DNA of 64,000 bases from Patescibacteria group bacterium. GTDB lineage: Bacteria; Patescibacteriota; Patescibacteriia; SG8-24; DYFX01. The translations under genes were made by a program, and so were the position numbers. The DNA is taken from contig JBAZZB010000002.1 of NCBI GenBank assembly GCA_041659045.1, positions 159,855 to 223,854 of the forward strand. Reading direction: 5' to 3'. Under the pieces are notes generated by a model. The model was given only the letters and a program-made list of their open reading frames with translations. It ran no database searches and had not been told where the DNA came from. Numbering within the stretch: the first letter of the stretch is position 1; every line of letters begins with the position of its first letter. Shown one piece after another: positions 51,503-61,169 of the stretch.

Positions 51503-52711
51503 TTATCGCGCGGCGGTTTTCCCTTGCAGCCACGCTTTCTCAGCCAGCGTCTTCGCATCTCGGAACGAATGCGTCACGGTGTCGCAGCCCAGCACGACGA
51601 CGATAATATCTTTGCCATCCTTCTGCATGCGCGTCACCAAAGTGTACCCAGCCTCGTTGATATAACCTGTCTTACCGGCCGTCACGTGGAGCGACGTGTC
51701 GTTCACCAGCTTGTTCGTATTCTTGATGAGGTGCGGACCTTTCGAAGTCGCGACTTCGTATTGTGGTTCCGCGGCAATAGGAGCGATCCAGTCGTCGTTG
51801 AATGCGGCGCGCGCCATGATCGCCACTTCTTTGGCGGTTGAAAGGTTTTCGACTTCAATGCCTGTTGGGTCGGCGAAGCGCGAACGCGGCATACCGAGTG
51901 CGATCGCCTTTTCATTCATACGTCGCAAGAACTCTTCGTTTGAAAGACCAGTAGCACGCGCGACGGCGTTTGTCGCGTTGTTCGCCGAACCAATAACGGC
52001 ACTCGCGACCAAATTGCGTACGGTCAATTCGGTACCGACCGGCACGCGCAGGCGTCCACCACCAACCTCGTCGCCACGAGAAAGCGTCACGATCGAATCC
52101 GGATTAAGACCCGCGTCGTGCGCGACCATCACGGACATGAGCTTGGTGATTGAAGCGATGCTGCGCACGTCGTCACCGTTGCGCTGATCGAGAATTTCGC
52201 CAGTCTCAGCGTCCATGACAGCATAGGCTTCGGCATTCACATCATTCTGAACCGCCGCCCGAGGCGTAACGACCTTGATCGACAGTTTGGCGATGGCATT
52301 GTGAATCCACGCTTTATTTTCAACCGCGAGTTGAAATTGCTCGTTATAGGTTCCCGTTGCGTCCGGGGCATGGAGCGTGAGCGTGACGCTGCCCGTCTCG
52401 CCGGGGCGCACCAAGGCTTCTCGCAATTTTGCCGCCTGGATCGCGCTCGGCCACGTCGTGTTTTTAAAAATGCTTTTGCGCGCGTACGGACCGGTGGCGT
52501 ACATCGAAACGTACAACGAACCAGAGCCGCGCCACATGTGCGTGCCGATGTTTTTGAACTTCAGTGTGACCTGTTTGGAACCTCCCGCTGGAATCTCGAT
52601 TGCCCTGCTGCCTTGCAGGCCCGAGGACGCGTACGCGCGAGACGCCGCATCCGCAGAAAGCGGAACGGCGAAGGATACGGCGACGACAGCAATAGCAAGG
52701 AGACGTTTCAT
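51503..52711 (-). CDS. D-alanyl-D-alanine carboxypeptidase (peptidase S11) with N-terminal extra domain
   Basis: Signal peptide, then SxxK active site (ASITKLMS) and SxN/KTG context (KTGYIN). Confidence 0.8.
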   Translation of the reverse strand: MKRLLAIAVVAVSFAVPLSADAASRAYASSGLQGSRAIEIPAGGSKQVTLKFKNIGTHMWRGSGSLYVSMYATGPYARKSIFKNTTWPSAIQAAKLREALVRPGETGSVTLTLHAPDATGTYNEQFQLAVENKAWIHNAIAKLSIKVVTPRAAVQNDVNAEAYAVMDAETGEILDQRNGDDVRSIASITKLMSVMVAHDAGLNPDSIVTLSRGDEVGGGRLRVPVGTELTVRNLVASAVIGSANNATNAVARATGLSNEEFLRRMNEKAIALGMPRSRFADPTGIEVENLSTAKEVAIMARAAFNDDWIAPIAAEPQYEVATSKGPHLIKNTNKLVNDTSLHVTAGKTGYINEAGYTLVTRMQKDGKDIIVVVLGCDTVTHSFRDAKTLAEKAWLQGKTAAR

Positions 52712-52941
52712 GCAGTCAATTGATGTGCTGCGGTATCAGAAGGACGTGCCTCGGCGGGCGCAGGCAGATCGATTGGCGCGAGACGGCGATCAACCTCGCG
52801 CAGCCCGTAGGCGAAACCGACGATGAGTACCATCGCGAGGAGAAGTGCCGGAGCGAGTCCGCCACCCACCGGTTTCGTACGTGAAAGAGCGATCTGACGC
52901 CGCCTGAGCACGTAAGGATGTACTCCTCCGGCAACAAGCAT
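52708..52941 (-). CDS. Small membrane protein (uncertain)
   Basis: ORF with a TM segment overlapping the dacA-like start; no RBS seen. Confidence 0.25.
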   Translation of the reverse strand: MLVAGGVHPYVLRRRQIALSRTKPVGGGLAPALLLAMVLIVGFAYGLREVDRRLAPIDLPAPAEARPSDTAAHQLTA

Positions 52942-52991
52942 GGCGGTTTTTTCTGAATGAATTGTACCAAAAAAATGACCTCTCGTCAAAC

Positions 52992-53022
52992 GTAAAATAA
53001 AAACAAGGGCGTTCAGCCCTTG
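52992..53022 (-). terminator. Terminator overlapping the stop codon of the upstream minus-strand gene (caagggc-gttca-gcccttg + T/A run)
   Basis: Hairpin plus TTTTTATTTT on the minus strand. Confidence 0.45.
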
Positions 53023-53684
53023 TAAAAGAAGTTGGTGTCTTCGGTCGAGACGGGCACGACCTCCTTGGCGCGCGACGGCACGCCTTCCTCTTCGGTGAAC
53101 ATGCCGAAGGCGGTCGAGAAGAGAGGGGTTGGGCCATACATCCAGTGCACGAAGTGCGTCTGACCGTGCTCGTCGACGACATCACAGAGCGGGAGCTTGC
53201 GCGCCCGAACCAGCGCGGGTTCCTGAAGCGCGAGATGCAGACCTTCGATCAGTCGCAAGCCGCACTCATCCGCAGCGAACTTGGCGCGCGCCGTGTTCGC
53301 AGACGTTCCCGGCCAACGCGTACCGGGCTGCCAGAAGACAATGTAGCGCAGGAGCTCGCCGTGCTGCGGATGCACGGTCGGGCAAAGCGTCAGCTCGTCC
53401 GCTTTCTCGAACATCATCATCTGTGGCGTCTCGCTGTCGGGCAGGGGCAGGTAACGACATGGTCTCGTCACGCGCCGCGTACCGTAGTCGATCGGCGACG
53501 GTATCGGGTGCAAGGGGAATGCGTCGACGAGCAGCATGTGTTCGAAACGCCCTTCATGCTGTTCCGGAAGATTGATCGCCAACGGCCAGAGGCAGCGGTA
53601 GTCTTCGTCGGCGATCCCTTGAAGGCGGCCAATGCCGGAAGCGATCAGTCTGTCGACCTGTGTCTTGGGATAAAACGTGCGCAT
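53013..53684 (-). CDS. Hypothetical protein (223 aa)
   Basis: GGAGGAG RBS; start at MRTFYPK. Confidence 0.5.
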   Translation of the reverse strand: MRTFYPKTQVDRLIASGIGRLQGIADEDYRCLWPLAINLPEQHEGRFEHMLLVDAFPLHPIPSPIDYGTRRVTRPCRYLPLPDSETPQMMMFEKADELTLCPTVHPQHGELLRYIVFWQPGTRWPGTSANTARAKFAADECGLRLIEGLHLALQEPALVRARKLPLCDVVDEHGQTHFVHWMYGPTPLFSTAFGMFTEEEGVPSRAKEVVPVSTEDTNFFYKG

Positions 53685-53760
53685 GGAATCTCCTCCGCCC
53701 GAATGGTGCCGTCTCCCGCCCCTGGCGTCAATCCGTCGGTCTGCTACCCTTAAGTACGAT

Positions 53761-55209
53761 ATGTCACGCACTGCCTCGATCGCAAAAAATACCATTGTTC
53801 AGGTGATCGGCCGCACCATCGGCACAATTTTCGGGCTCGTGACACTCGGTGTCATGACGCGCTACTTGGGCACGTCGGGCTATGGCGCTTTCACGACCGT
53901 CACAAGCTTCCTCCAGTTCTTCGGCATTCTTGTCGACTTCGGACTGTCGCTCACAACTGTCGCTATGTTGTCCGAGCACGAAGCAGATCAAGACAAGATT
54001 GCTTCAAACATTTTCACGCTGCGTCTCATTTCAGCAGCCATTTTTTTCCTTATCGCGCCGGCAGTCGTGCTGCTCTTCCCTTATACATCGGATGTAAAAT
54101 CTGGCGTCAGTATTGCCGCCGCCTCGTTCTTCCTGATTGCCGTGAATCAAGTGCTGACAAGCATGCTGCAAACAAAGTTGCGCATGGCTCGCGCGGCATC
54201 AGCGGAAGTACTCGGTCGCGCCGGACTTTTACTGGGCGCTCTCGCGACAGCGCATTGGGATCTTGGACTCGGCTGGATGCTCGGTGCGCTTGTGCTCGGC
54301 AATGGTCTGACCGTTTTTTGGAACTGGTTGCTTGTGCGCGCGCTCATGCGTCTCGATTGGCGTTTTGATTGGACGGTGTGGAAGGAAGTCGCGCACCGCA
54401 CCTGGCCGATCGCCGTGTCGATCAGCTTCAACCTTATCTACCTGATGGGTGGAGTTATCGTCCTCTCGCTCACGCGTCCGCAGGCGGAAGTCGGTGTGTA
54501 CGGCGCCGCGAGAAAAATTCTCGATGTCCTAACCGTCATCCCAATCATGTTCATGGGGCTCGTGCTGCCGCTCCTTGTAAAAGCGCGACACGAAGGCTTT
54601 GCGACCGACTGGAGCCGTATCATGCAAAAAGCTTTTGACTTCATGGCGGTATTGGCGCTCCCGCTTGTCGCCGGCACGTTGGTTGTCGGTCGTGACCTCA
54701 TGATTTTGCTCGCAGGCAAAGATTTTGCGGGTGCAGGTCCTCTGCTCATTATTTTGATTCTCGCTTGCGCTTCCGTCTTCTTCGGATCGCTCTTCGGCCA
54801 CGCCGTCATCGCCGTCAAAAAGCAGCGCCCGATGATTTGGGGCTACGCGCTTAATGCCGCACTAGCGATTATTCTCAACATCTTGCTTGTGCCTCGCTTC
54901 GGTGCGCCCGCCGCGGCATGGGTAACGTTCATTACCGAAGCCTTCATTGCTTGCGCAACGTTCTTTATGATCTGGCGCACGACGGGGTTCGTGCCGAGGT
55001 TTGGCACGGCACTACGCGCCGCGTTCGCCGCCGCAGGCATGGCGATGTTTGTCTCCATTTTGCCTGATATGCACGTGCTACTTAAAACGGGAGTCGGCAT
55101 GCTGACCTACGCCGCGTTGGCACTTGCGTTCCGAGCCATCGAACCTGAAATGGTGAAAGAGCTCTTGAGCCGCAAGCAAGCCGCTGTCACAGCACCGACG
55201 CAAGGATAG
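53761..55209 (+). CDS. Polysaccharide/oligosaccharide flippase (Wzx, MOP superfamily)
   Basis: About 14 predicted TM helices and the Wzx-like N-terminal motif IAKNTIVQVIGRTI. Confidence 0.75.
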   Translation: MSRTASIAKNTIVQVIGRTIGTIFGLVTLGVMTRYLGTSGYGAFTTVTSFLQFFGILVDFGLSLTTVAMLSEHEADQDKIASNIFTLRLISAAIFFLIAPAVVLLFPYTSDVKSGVSIAAASFFLIAVNQVLTSMLQTKLRMARAASAEVLGRAGLLLGALATAHWDLGLGWMLGALVLGNGLTVFWNWLLVRALMRLDWRFDWTVWKEVAHRTWPIAVSISFNLIYLMGGVIVLSLTRPQAEVGVYGAARKILDVLTVIPIMFMGLVLPLLVKARHEGFATDWSRIMQKAFDFMAVLALPLVAGTLVVGRDLMILLAGKDFAGAGPLLIILILACASVFFGSLFGHAVIAVKKQRPMIWGYALNAALAIILNILLVPRFGAPAAAWVTFITEAFIACATFFMIWRTTGFVPRFGTALRAAFAAAGMAMFVSILPDMHVLLKTGVGMLTYAALALAFRAIEPEMVKELLSRKQAAVTAPTQG

Positions 55210-55214
55210 CCATC

Positions 55215-56321
55215 ATGCGCATTCTTTTTCTTTCCTTCCCCTACGCCTCAACACAAGGTGGCGGTGAGCGTTACACCGAACAAACCGTCGAGGGATTGAA
55301 ACGTGCCGGACACGATGTTTTACTCGTCTCCTCTTCCGAAGCATTGCTTGCGATGTTTAAGAAGCACGGTTGGCGCGCGTATTCCGCCTGGTGCGGTGTC
55401 GAGCCGGTAACAATGCTTTCCGCACTGCTATTTCCGCTCACGATTGTTTTTTTCACGCCGTTTGTATTTCTTCTTTTGGCGTGGTTCCGTTTCGTGCATC
55501 GAACGGAAGCCGTCGTGTGCCTTTCGCTCACCGAAAAACTTCTCGCCACGCCGATCGCCAAACTTTTCGGCATGCGCGTCGTGTGGACTGAGCATCTTGT
55601 CGCCGGCCGCTCGCTGCGACTGAACCCGTTTCGTGGTTGGTACGTCGCCTGCGCACGGAGCGCGAATGTTGTGACCGTGTCGGAAGCGGCCGCATCCGCA
55701 CTTGTTGATGTCGGCGTACTGCGCAGAAACGTGCGCATCATTTCACCTGGCGTGCAGCCGAGCACGAATCACATTGACTCATCTGTTTCACACACCGTCG
55801 GCATCATCTCGCGCTTCAGTCGCGAAAAAAATGTTTCTCTGGCACTTCGCGCCTTCGCGCTTGTGGTGAAGGAACTTCCAGACGCGCAGCTTGAGATCTT
55901 TGGCGACGGTCCTGAGCGCGCGATGCTAGTGCGCTTGGCGGACGAACTCACGCTTTCGGATAAAACGACTTTCCACGGACACGTCGAGCAGGTGCGCGGC
56001 GCTGGACGGTTTAACGTTCTCACTGTTCCATCTGCAAAAGAATCCTTCGGCATGGCTGCCCTTGAAGCCATGGCTGACGGGCTGCCGGTTGTCGCTACGC
56101 GTGTTGGTGGCTTGCCGGAAGTCGTCGTCCATGGGAAAACAGGCTTACTGGTTCCCCCAGAGGATCCCCGCGCCATGGCCGATGCCCTGCTCACCTTGCT
56201 CCGCGATACGATGCGCACGAAGCAGCTCGGTGAAGCCGGACGAGAGCGGGCAACCCAGCTGTTTACGGAAGAAAAAATGCAAACCGCATGGATCGAGCTG
56301 TTCTCATCAGCGTCACGCTAA
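55215..56321 (+). CDS. Glycosyltransferase family 4
   Basis: ESFGMAALEAMADGLPVVATRVGGLPEVV is the EX7E-type motif. Confidence 0.85.
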   Translation: MRILFLSFPYASTQGGGERYTEQTVEGLKRAGHDVLLVSSSEALLAMFKKHGWRAYSAWCGVEPVTMLSALLFPLTIVFFTPFVFLLLAWFRFVHRTEAVVCLSLTEKLLATPIAKLFGMRVVWTEHLVAGRSLRLNPFRGWYVACARSANVVTVSEAAASALVDVGVLRRNVRIISPGVQPSTNHIDSSVSHTVGIISRFSREKNVSLALRAFALVVKELPDAQLEIFGDGPERAMLVRLADELTLSDKTTFHGHVEQVRGAGRFNVLTVPSAKESFGMAALEAMADGLPVVATRVGGLPEVVVHGKTGLLVPPEDPRAMADALLTLLRDTMRTKQLGEAGRERATQLFTEEKMQTAWIELFSSASR

Positions 56322-57547
56322 TCGCCGCGTTGCTCCCCTTGGAGCGCGTCGGCGCTTTTTCGATTGCGGGATTGAACGTCCGACCGAGTCAGATTGCGCT
56401 TCTCATCGCATGGCTGCTATTCGCGCGGTTGTGGCTGCTCGGCCGCACATCGTTCGAGTGGCGGAGTCCTGTACTCCTGGCTCTCGCCGGATTTTTCGCC
56501 GCCGCCGGACTTTCGCTGCTCAACTCGGAAAACCTGACGCGCTCTCTCGTCGTGCTGGCGTTCACAATCTTCACCGCGTCGCTCGTGCTGCTTCTGCCGA
56601 ACGTTTTGAAAAGCGAAAACGACTTCAAACGCGTGCGCGTGGCGATTCTGTTCGCGGCTGCGCTCATGGCACTGCTTGGCCTCTGGCAGTTCGTGGCCGA
56701 CATGTTCGGGCTTCCGCTTTGGATGACCGGCCTGCGCGAAACGTATTCGCGCGCGATTCTCGGCTTCACGCGCGTACAAGCGACCGCGGCCGAACCTCTC
56801 TATTTTGCGAATTATCTTCTGCTGCCTATCGCGCTCGCTGGCGCGTGGCTTTTGAAAAATCCTGAGGCAAAAACGCGCCGCTGGCTTTCATTGCTCCTCG
56901 CCATGCTATGTGTGAACGTCTTTCTCACCTCCTCGCGCGGTGGCTGGCTTGGCGCCGCTGTTACGGTAGCTACCCTTCTTTGGATGGAGCGCTCGCGCCT
57001 GCGCGACATGCGTCCACTCCTTCGCGCGGCGGGCATCACAATCACTTCGATTGCCGTGGGCGTGCTCCTGCTCGGCAGTTTTTTCTCAACCTCGCGCGAA
57101 ACCGTGACGGATACGTTCTTCCGCCATGTCACAACCGTCACTGACGGCGCCGCGTTCGATGATCGTGCGCAAACGATCGTCGCTGCGTTTGAAGCCTGGA
57201 AGCTCCATCCGTGGATTGGTGTCGGCTTCGGCGGTTACGGTCCGTTCGTCTCGACATTCGCCTTCTCTAAACCTGAAGCAGGTTGGCCGATCGTAAATAA
57301 CGAAACGCTCGAACTACTCTCGGAAACGGGCATGATCGGTTTGGCAACATTCGTTCTCTTCTTGATCGTCCTCTTCCGTGAGACGTCGCCGCGCCGTGAA
57401 GACGGAATCGAGACCATTCGCATCGCCTGCACCACCGCGCTCCTTGGCATGCTCGCGCAGTATCAAACCTTCTCGACCTTGTATATCATGCATGTGTGGT
57501 TTACGATCGGCTTGCTTTTGGCCACCTCCAAACCCACTCGCGCATGA
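56288..57547 (+). CDS. O-antigen ligase/polymerase-like membrane protein (Wzy_C)
   Basis: Polytopic membrane protein with the periplasmic loop motif SRGGWLGAAV. Confidence 0.65.
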   Translation: MDRAVLISVTLIAALLPLERVGAFSIAGLNVRPSQIALLIAWLLFARLWLLGRTSFEWRSPVLLALAGFFAAAGLSLLNSENLTRSLVVLAFTIFTASLVLLLPNVLKSENDFKRVRVAILFAAALMALLGLWQFVADMFGLPLWMTGLRETYSRAILGFTRVQATAAEPLYFANYLLLPIALAGAWLLKNPEAKTRRWLSLLLAMLCVNVFLTSSRGGWLGAAVTVATLLWMERSRLRDMRPLLRAAGITITSIAVGVLLLGSFFSTSRETVTDTFFRHVTTVTDGAAFDDRAQTIVAAFEAWKLHPWIGVGFGGYGPFVSTFAFSKPEAGWPIVNNETLELLSETGMIGLATFVLFLIVLFRETSPRREDGIETIRIACTTALLGMLAQYQTFSTLYIMHVWFTIGLLLATSKPTRA

Positions 57548-58791
57548 CCCCATTCCTCATCATCGTCTTTGCGGCCTTCAGCTATCTCGCCTGGCATGAC
57601 TTGCGCAAGGCGTTTTTACTGTTCGTTGCGGCGCTTCCTGTCTATGTCGTGCGCTTCAGCATTGGCAGTATTCCGACAACGGCGCTGGAAATTCTTTTCA
57701 TCATTCTTTTCATCGCATGGATGCTCAAACGCGAAAAGCGTTTGATCGATATCAAAGGCTGGGGCTGGCTCTTGCTTGCGTGGCTCGCGGTCGCAACAGT
57801 CTCACTGTTCGTCTCCCCTGATTTCCGCGCAGCCGCCGGTGTGTGGAAAGCGTATTTCATCGAACCGATTCTGTTCTTCTTGATCGCCAACGATCTCATG
57901 CGCACGCAAGAGGATCGCAACGCCGCCGTCGGCTCGCTTGCCTGGTCAGCGATTGTGGTTTCCGGCATGGCGATCGTGCAGCATTGGACGGGTTGGGGCG
58001 TTCCTCCCCCGTTCAACGGCGTACCAGTGCCGCCCGCGACAGAAGCCGAATTCCGTTCGACCTCGTTCTACGGATTTCCGAATGCGGTCGGGCTTTTTCT
58101 CGCGCCGCTCGTTCCCCTCTTCCTACGGAAAGGAAATCTCTATCGCGCCGCATTCCTCGCCTCGATCGCAGCCATCGCGCTCGCACAATCCGAAGGCGCC
58201 TTGATCGGTCTCGCGGCTGGCATCGGCGTGTACATGCTTTGTTTCAAGAAAGGCCGCCTGCCTGCCTTGATTATCGGAGGAATTTTCCTTGCCGGTATTT
58301 TTATCATCCCGGAAACGCGCGCCTTTGCGATCGAGAAACTCACGCTGAGAGACTGGTCTGGACGCGTACGAAAAGAAATGTGGGTCGAAGCTTCGCATAT
58401 GCTAAAGGATCACGCAGTCCTCGGTGCCGGGCTTTCCGGCTATCCGATTGTCTTCGATGCGTATCACGAGGCGCGCCACATCGAAATTTTCCAGTATCCT
58501 CACCAGCTCTTTCTGAACTTCTGGAGCGAGCTCGGTCTCGCCGGACTCATCGCCTTCTTCCTGCTGATCGGGCGCTACTTCATGACGTTGCGTGAAACAC
58601 TCCGGCGCGTTCCGTCGTCTCAATTTTGGATCGCGATGCTTGTCGCTTCGATGACGGCACTCCTCGTACACGGCTTGGTGGATGTTCCCTATTTCAAAAA
58701 TGATCTCTCGATGTTGTTCTGGCTGCTTCTCGCTCTTACCAGTTCGATGCGTGCGGAAGCGCGGCAAATTGATACCAGCGCTACATCCTGA
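57544..58791 (+). CDS. O-antigen ligase/polymerase-like membrane protein, second paralog
   Basis: Similar topology, with QSEGALIGLAAG. ATGA overlap with the upstream gene. Confidence 0.65.
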   Translation: MTPFLIIVFAAFSYLAWHDLRKAFLLFVAALPVYVVRFSIGSIPTTALEILFIILFIAWMLKREKRLIDIKGWGWLLLAWLAVATVSLFVSPDFRAAAGVWKAYFIEPILFFLIANDLMRTQEDRNAAVGSLAWSAIVVSGMAIVQHWTGWGVPPPFNGVPVPPATEAEFRSTSFYGFPNAVGLFLAPLVPLFLRKGNLYRAAFLASIAAIALAQSEGALIGLAAGIGVYMLCFKKGRLPALIIGGIFLAGIFIIPETRAFAIEKLTLRDWSGRVRKEMWVEASHMLKDHAVLGAGLSGYPIVFDAYHEARHIEIFQYPHQLFLNFWSELGLAGLIAFFLLIGRYFMTLRETLRRVPSSQFWIAMLVASMTALLVHGLVDVPYFKNDLSMLFWLLLALTSSMRAEARQIDTSATS

Positions 58792-58847
58792 CAGGCGCAG
58801 ATGATTTGCGTGTGTTTCTTAAAAAGAAAATGACCGCAGCGTAGCGG

Positions 58848-59273
58848 TCAGATGTAGACCTCGTTCTTGGGGTCGAAGCGGCGCACGGCGACTTCGACCT
58901 TGTACAACTTCGGATCAACCAGATGTTGGTTCTTGAGCTTGCACGCGGCGTAGCACTCCAGTGCTGCCTTCTTCAACGCTTCGGCAAACGCCGTGCGCAC
59001 CTCGATGGTTCGCTCCGGCTTGTCGAAGAGCACTTCCACGGAGATGAGCGTGACGTCGCTCGGAAGTCCGACGCCCGCGTCGATGTGGACCGCGATGTCC
59101 TCGCGTGCCATCTCGCCGAGACCTTTGAAGGCCAGGGTCGCATCTTGAAGTGCTGTCACAAGCACGAGATCTTGGTGCCGACGCTCTGCGTTCGCAGCTT
59201 CCTCGTTCTGTCTCCAGAGCGTGTTCGATTTACGATCGAGTGCGAATGCGTTTCTAACAACGATCACGGGCAT
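58848..59273 (-). CDS. Hypothetical protein (141 aa), Met-Pro N-terminus
   Basis: GGAGGA RBS; MPVIVV N-terminus. This is reminiscent of the tautomerase superfamily but is not established. Confidence 0.45.
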   Translation of the reverse strand: MPVIVVRNAFALDRKSNTLWRQNEEAANAERRHQDLVLVTALQDATLAFKGLGEMAREDIAVHIDAGVGLPSDVTLISVEVLFDKPERTIEVRTAFAEALKKAALECYAACKLKNQHLVDPKLYKVEVAVRRFDPKNEVYI

Positions 59274-59374
59274 AGTTCCTCCTGCGCGGAGATTTTCACA
59301 AAAACGGCACTCTGTCAATCGTTGACATTGGGATGTGTTTCAACTACGGTGCGCCTGTCCAACAGGAGGAAACG

Positions 59375-60172
59375 ATGTTCCCATACATTGGCATGACCGA
59401 CGTTCCCGATGCGGAGTGGCTCGCTTCGATGCTCCGCCTCTACCGCCAGTGCGGCGGCGAGATGCTCGAGCACAAGCTGCACGCTGGTGTCATGACGAGC
59501 TACAAGGTGTTGAACGGCATCAAGACGTCGTGGTCAGAGGTGTGGCCGAAGCCCGAGGAGATCGCCGACATCTTCGTGTACGATCAATGCGTGATGAATG
59601 TGCTCCACTACGCCGACTACGAGGACAAGGACCGAGATCTCGCCGGCACGCTCATGCATGTCGCCAACCTCGGCGGTCCGTATCTCTACGCGCTCCAGCT
59701 CGACATGCCCTGGCCGGACGTCACCGCGCTCAAGAAGTTCGAGAAGCGCCGACCGCCCGTCTACGTCATCCTGCAGGTCGGCGAAGTCGCGCTCAAGCGC
59801 GTCGGCAACGACCTGAGCGAGACGATCAATCGCCTTCAGGACTACAGCAGCTCGATCGACGGCGTCTTGCTCGACCTCAGCATGGGGCGCGGTAAGAGCA
59901 TGAACGCCGCACTCCTGCGGCCGTTCATCCTCGCCTTCCGCTCACGACTGCCGCATCTGAGCATCACCGTCGCCGGCGGCCTCGGTCCTGACACGCTGCA
60001 CCTCGTCGCACCGCTCGTCGCCGAGTTTCCATCGATCTCGATCGACGCACAAGGCCAGCTGCGCGCCAGCGGTTCCTCGAAGGACCCGATCGACCGCGAG
60101 CGCGCCGAACGCTACCTCCGCGGCGCCGTCGAGATGTACATCGCGACCGTTCCGAACGGACACCCGGTCTGA
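59375..60172 (+). CDS. Hypothetical protein (265 aa)
   Basis: CAGGAGGA RBS. An alternating beta/alpha pattern with ITVAGGLGPD suggests a TIM-barrel-like enzyme, but it is unassigned. Confidence 0.5.
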   Translation: MFPYIGMTDVPDAEWLASMLRLYRQCGGEMLEHKLHAGVMTSYKVLNGIKTSWSEVWPKPEEIADIFVYDQCVMNVLHYADYEDKDRDLAGTLMHVANLGGPYLYALQLDMPWPDVTALKKFEKRRPPVYVILQVGEVALKRVGNDLSETINRLQDYSSSIDGVLLDLSMGRGKSMNAALLRPFILAFRSRLPHLSITVAGGLGPDTLHLVAPLVAEFPSISIDAQGQLRASGSSKDPIDRERAERYLRGAVEMYIATVPNGHPV

Positions 60173-60231
60173 CCACGAAACTCCGTGGTCTTTTTTATAA
60201 CAAAAAAGACCGAGACAAACTCGGTCTTTTT
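60170..60231. terminator. Two consecutive terminator hairpins (ccacgaaactccgtgg + T6; gaccgagacaaactcggtc + T6)
   Basis: Both are perfect stems followed by T-runs. Confidence 0.5.
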
Positions 60232-60312
60232 TGGCGGAGAGAGTGAGATTCGAACTCACGAGACCCTTGAGAGGTCTAACGGTTTTCGAGACCGTCGCCT
60301 TCAACCACTCAG
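60232..60312 (-). tRNA. tRNA-Ser (anticodon CGA), long variable arm
   Basis: Reverse complement is GGAGAGATGGCTGAGTGGTTGAAGGCG-ACGGT-CTCGAAA-ACCGT...GAGTTCGAATCTC...TCTCTCCGCCA. Confidence 0.85.
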
Positions 60313-60390
60313 CCATCTCTCCATGGTTGACGTGCCGAAATGTAGCATGGTTGCCCCTGCTTGTAAAGAAAAGACCCCGCGTATGTGGGG

Positions 60391-61086
60391 TCAGTTGGGC
60401 TTTCTCTGAAGTTCCGCCTCGAAGATTGCATAAAAGCGGCGCCAGCCGTTTTCATCGAGCGCGGCGATGTCGTGCACGTTCATGAGACCGAGGCGCTCAC
60501 AGGCGCGACGCTTGGCCACCACCCGCCGCAGGTTCTCCTCGTTGGCGACGCGAAGACCAAGATGCCAATTGCCGAGGTGATCTTGAATCGGCTCGAGCAA
60601 CTCCGGATGGTCGAACTGGCGAAGATGCGCCTTGGCTGCGCGTTCCGTTCCGACCGACATCAGCATGGTCCGCTCCGTGAACGTCGCCATGACCGAACGA
60701 TGAAAGATGCGCTTCGACAGTACGTATGGCACGCGATGTCGCCGGCCCTTTTTGTCGAATCCATCGAGCGAACGCATCATCGTATCGACGTTCCCGATGA
60801 AGTGCGTGATGTCCTCGACCGTCAATGCCGTGTGCCAGCGCAGCATGATGCCGTGCTTCGAAATGACAAACACCATTTCCTCATCAAAGTCGGCGTTCTC
60901 ATGATTCGCAAGCACCTGCATCTGCAGAGCGTCGATCCTGGCCGAAACAGCGACGAAGATCGGCTTCGGCCGCGGGGCGGTGACGAACAGGTAGAGCCCT
61001 TCCGGGACGGGTCGTCCGAAGTTCCGCACCAAGTCGTAAAGATCCTCGATCAGCTCGGACGCAGGGAGCGAAGGGGTGTCGGTCAT
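60391..61086 (-). CDS. Hypothetical protein (231 aa)
   Basis: AAGGAGG RBS; start at MTDTPSL. Confidence 0.5.
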   Translation of the reverse strand: MTDTPSLPASELIEDLYDLVRNFGRPVPEGLYLFVTAPRPKPIFVAVSARIDALQMQVLANHENADFDEEMVFVISKHGIMLRWHTALTVEDITHFIGNVDTMMRSLDGFDKKGRRHRVPYVLSKRIFHRSVMATFTERTMLMSVGTERAAKAHLRQFDHPELLEPIQDHLGNWHLGLRVANEENLRRVVAKRRACERLGLMNVHDIAALDENGWRRFYAIFEAELQRKPN

Positions 61087-61123
61087 TGCGGCCTCCTTGC
61101 AGGCACACTTCACGAGTACGTTT

Positions 61124-61153
61124 TTTCCAGGTAAAAGTCAATTCTGCTATACT
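61124..61153 (+). promoter_or_regulatory. Putative promoter of galU (TTCCAG-17-TATACT)
   Basis: Strong -10 hexamer with 17-nt spacing, 17 nt upstream of the ATG. Confidence 0.35.
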
Positions 61154-61169
61154 TTCATATATCCCGCCT

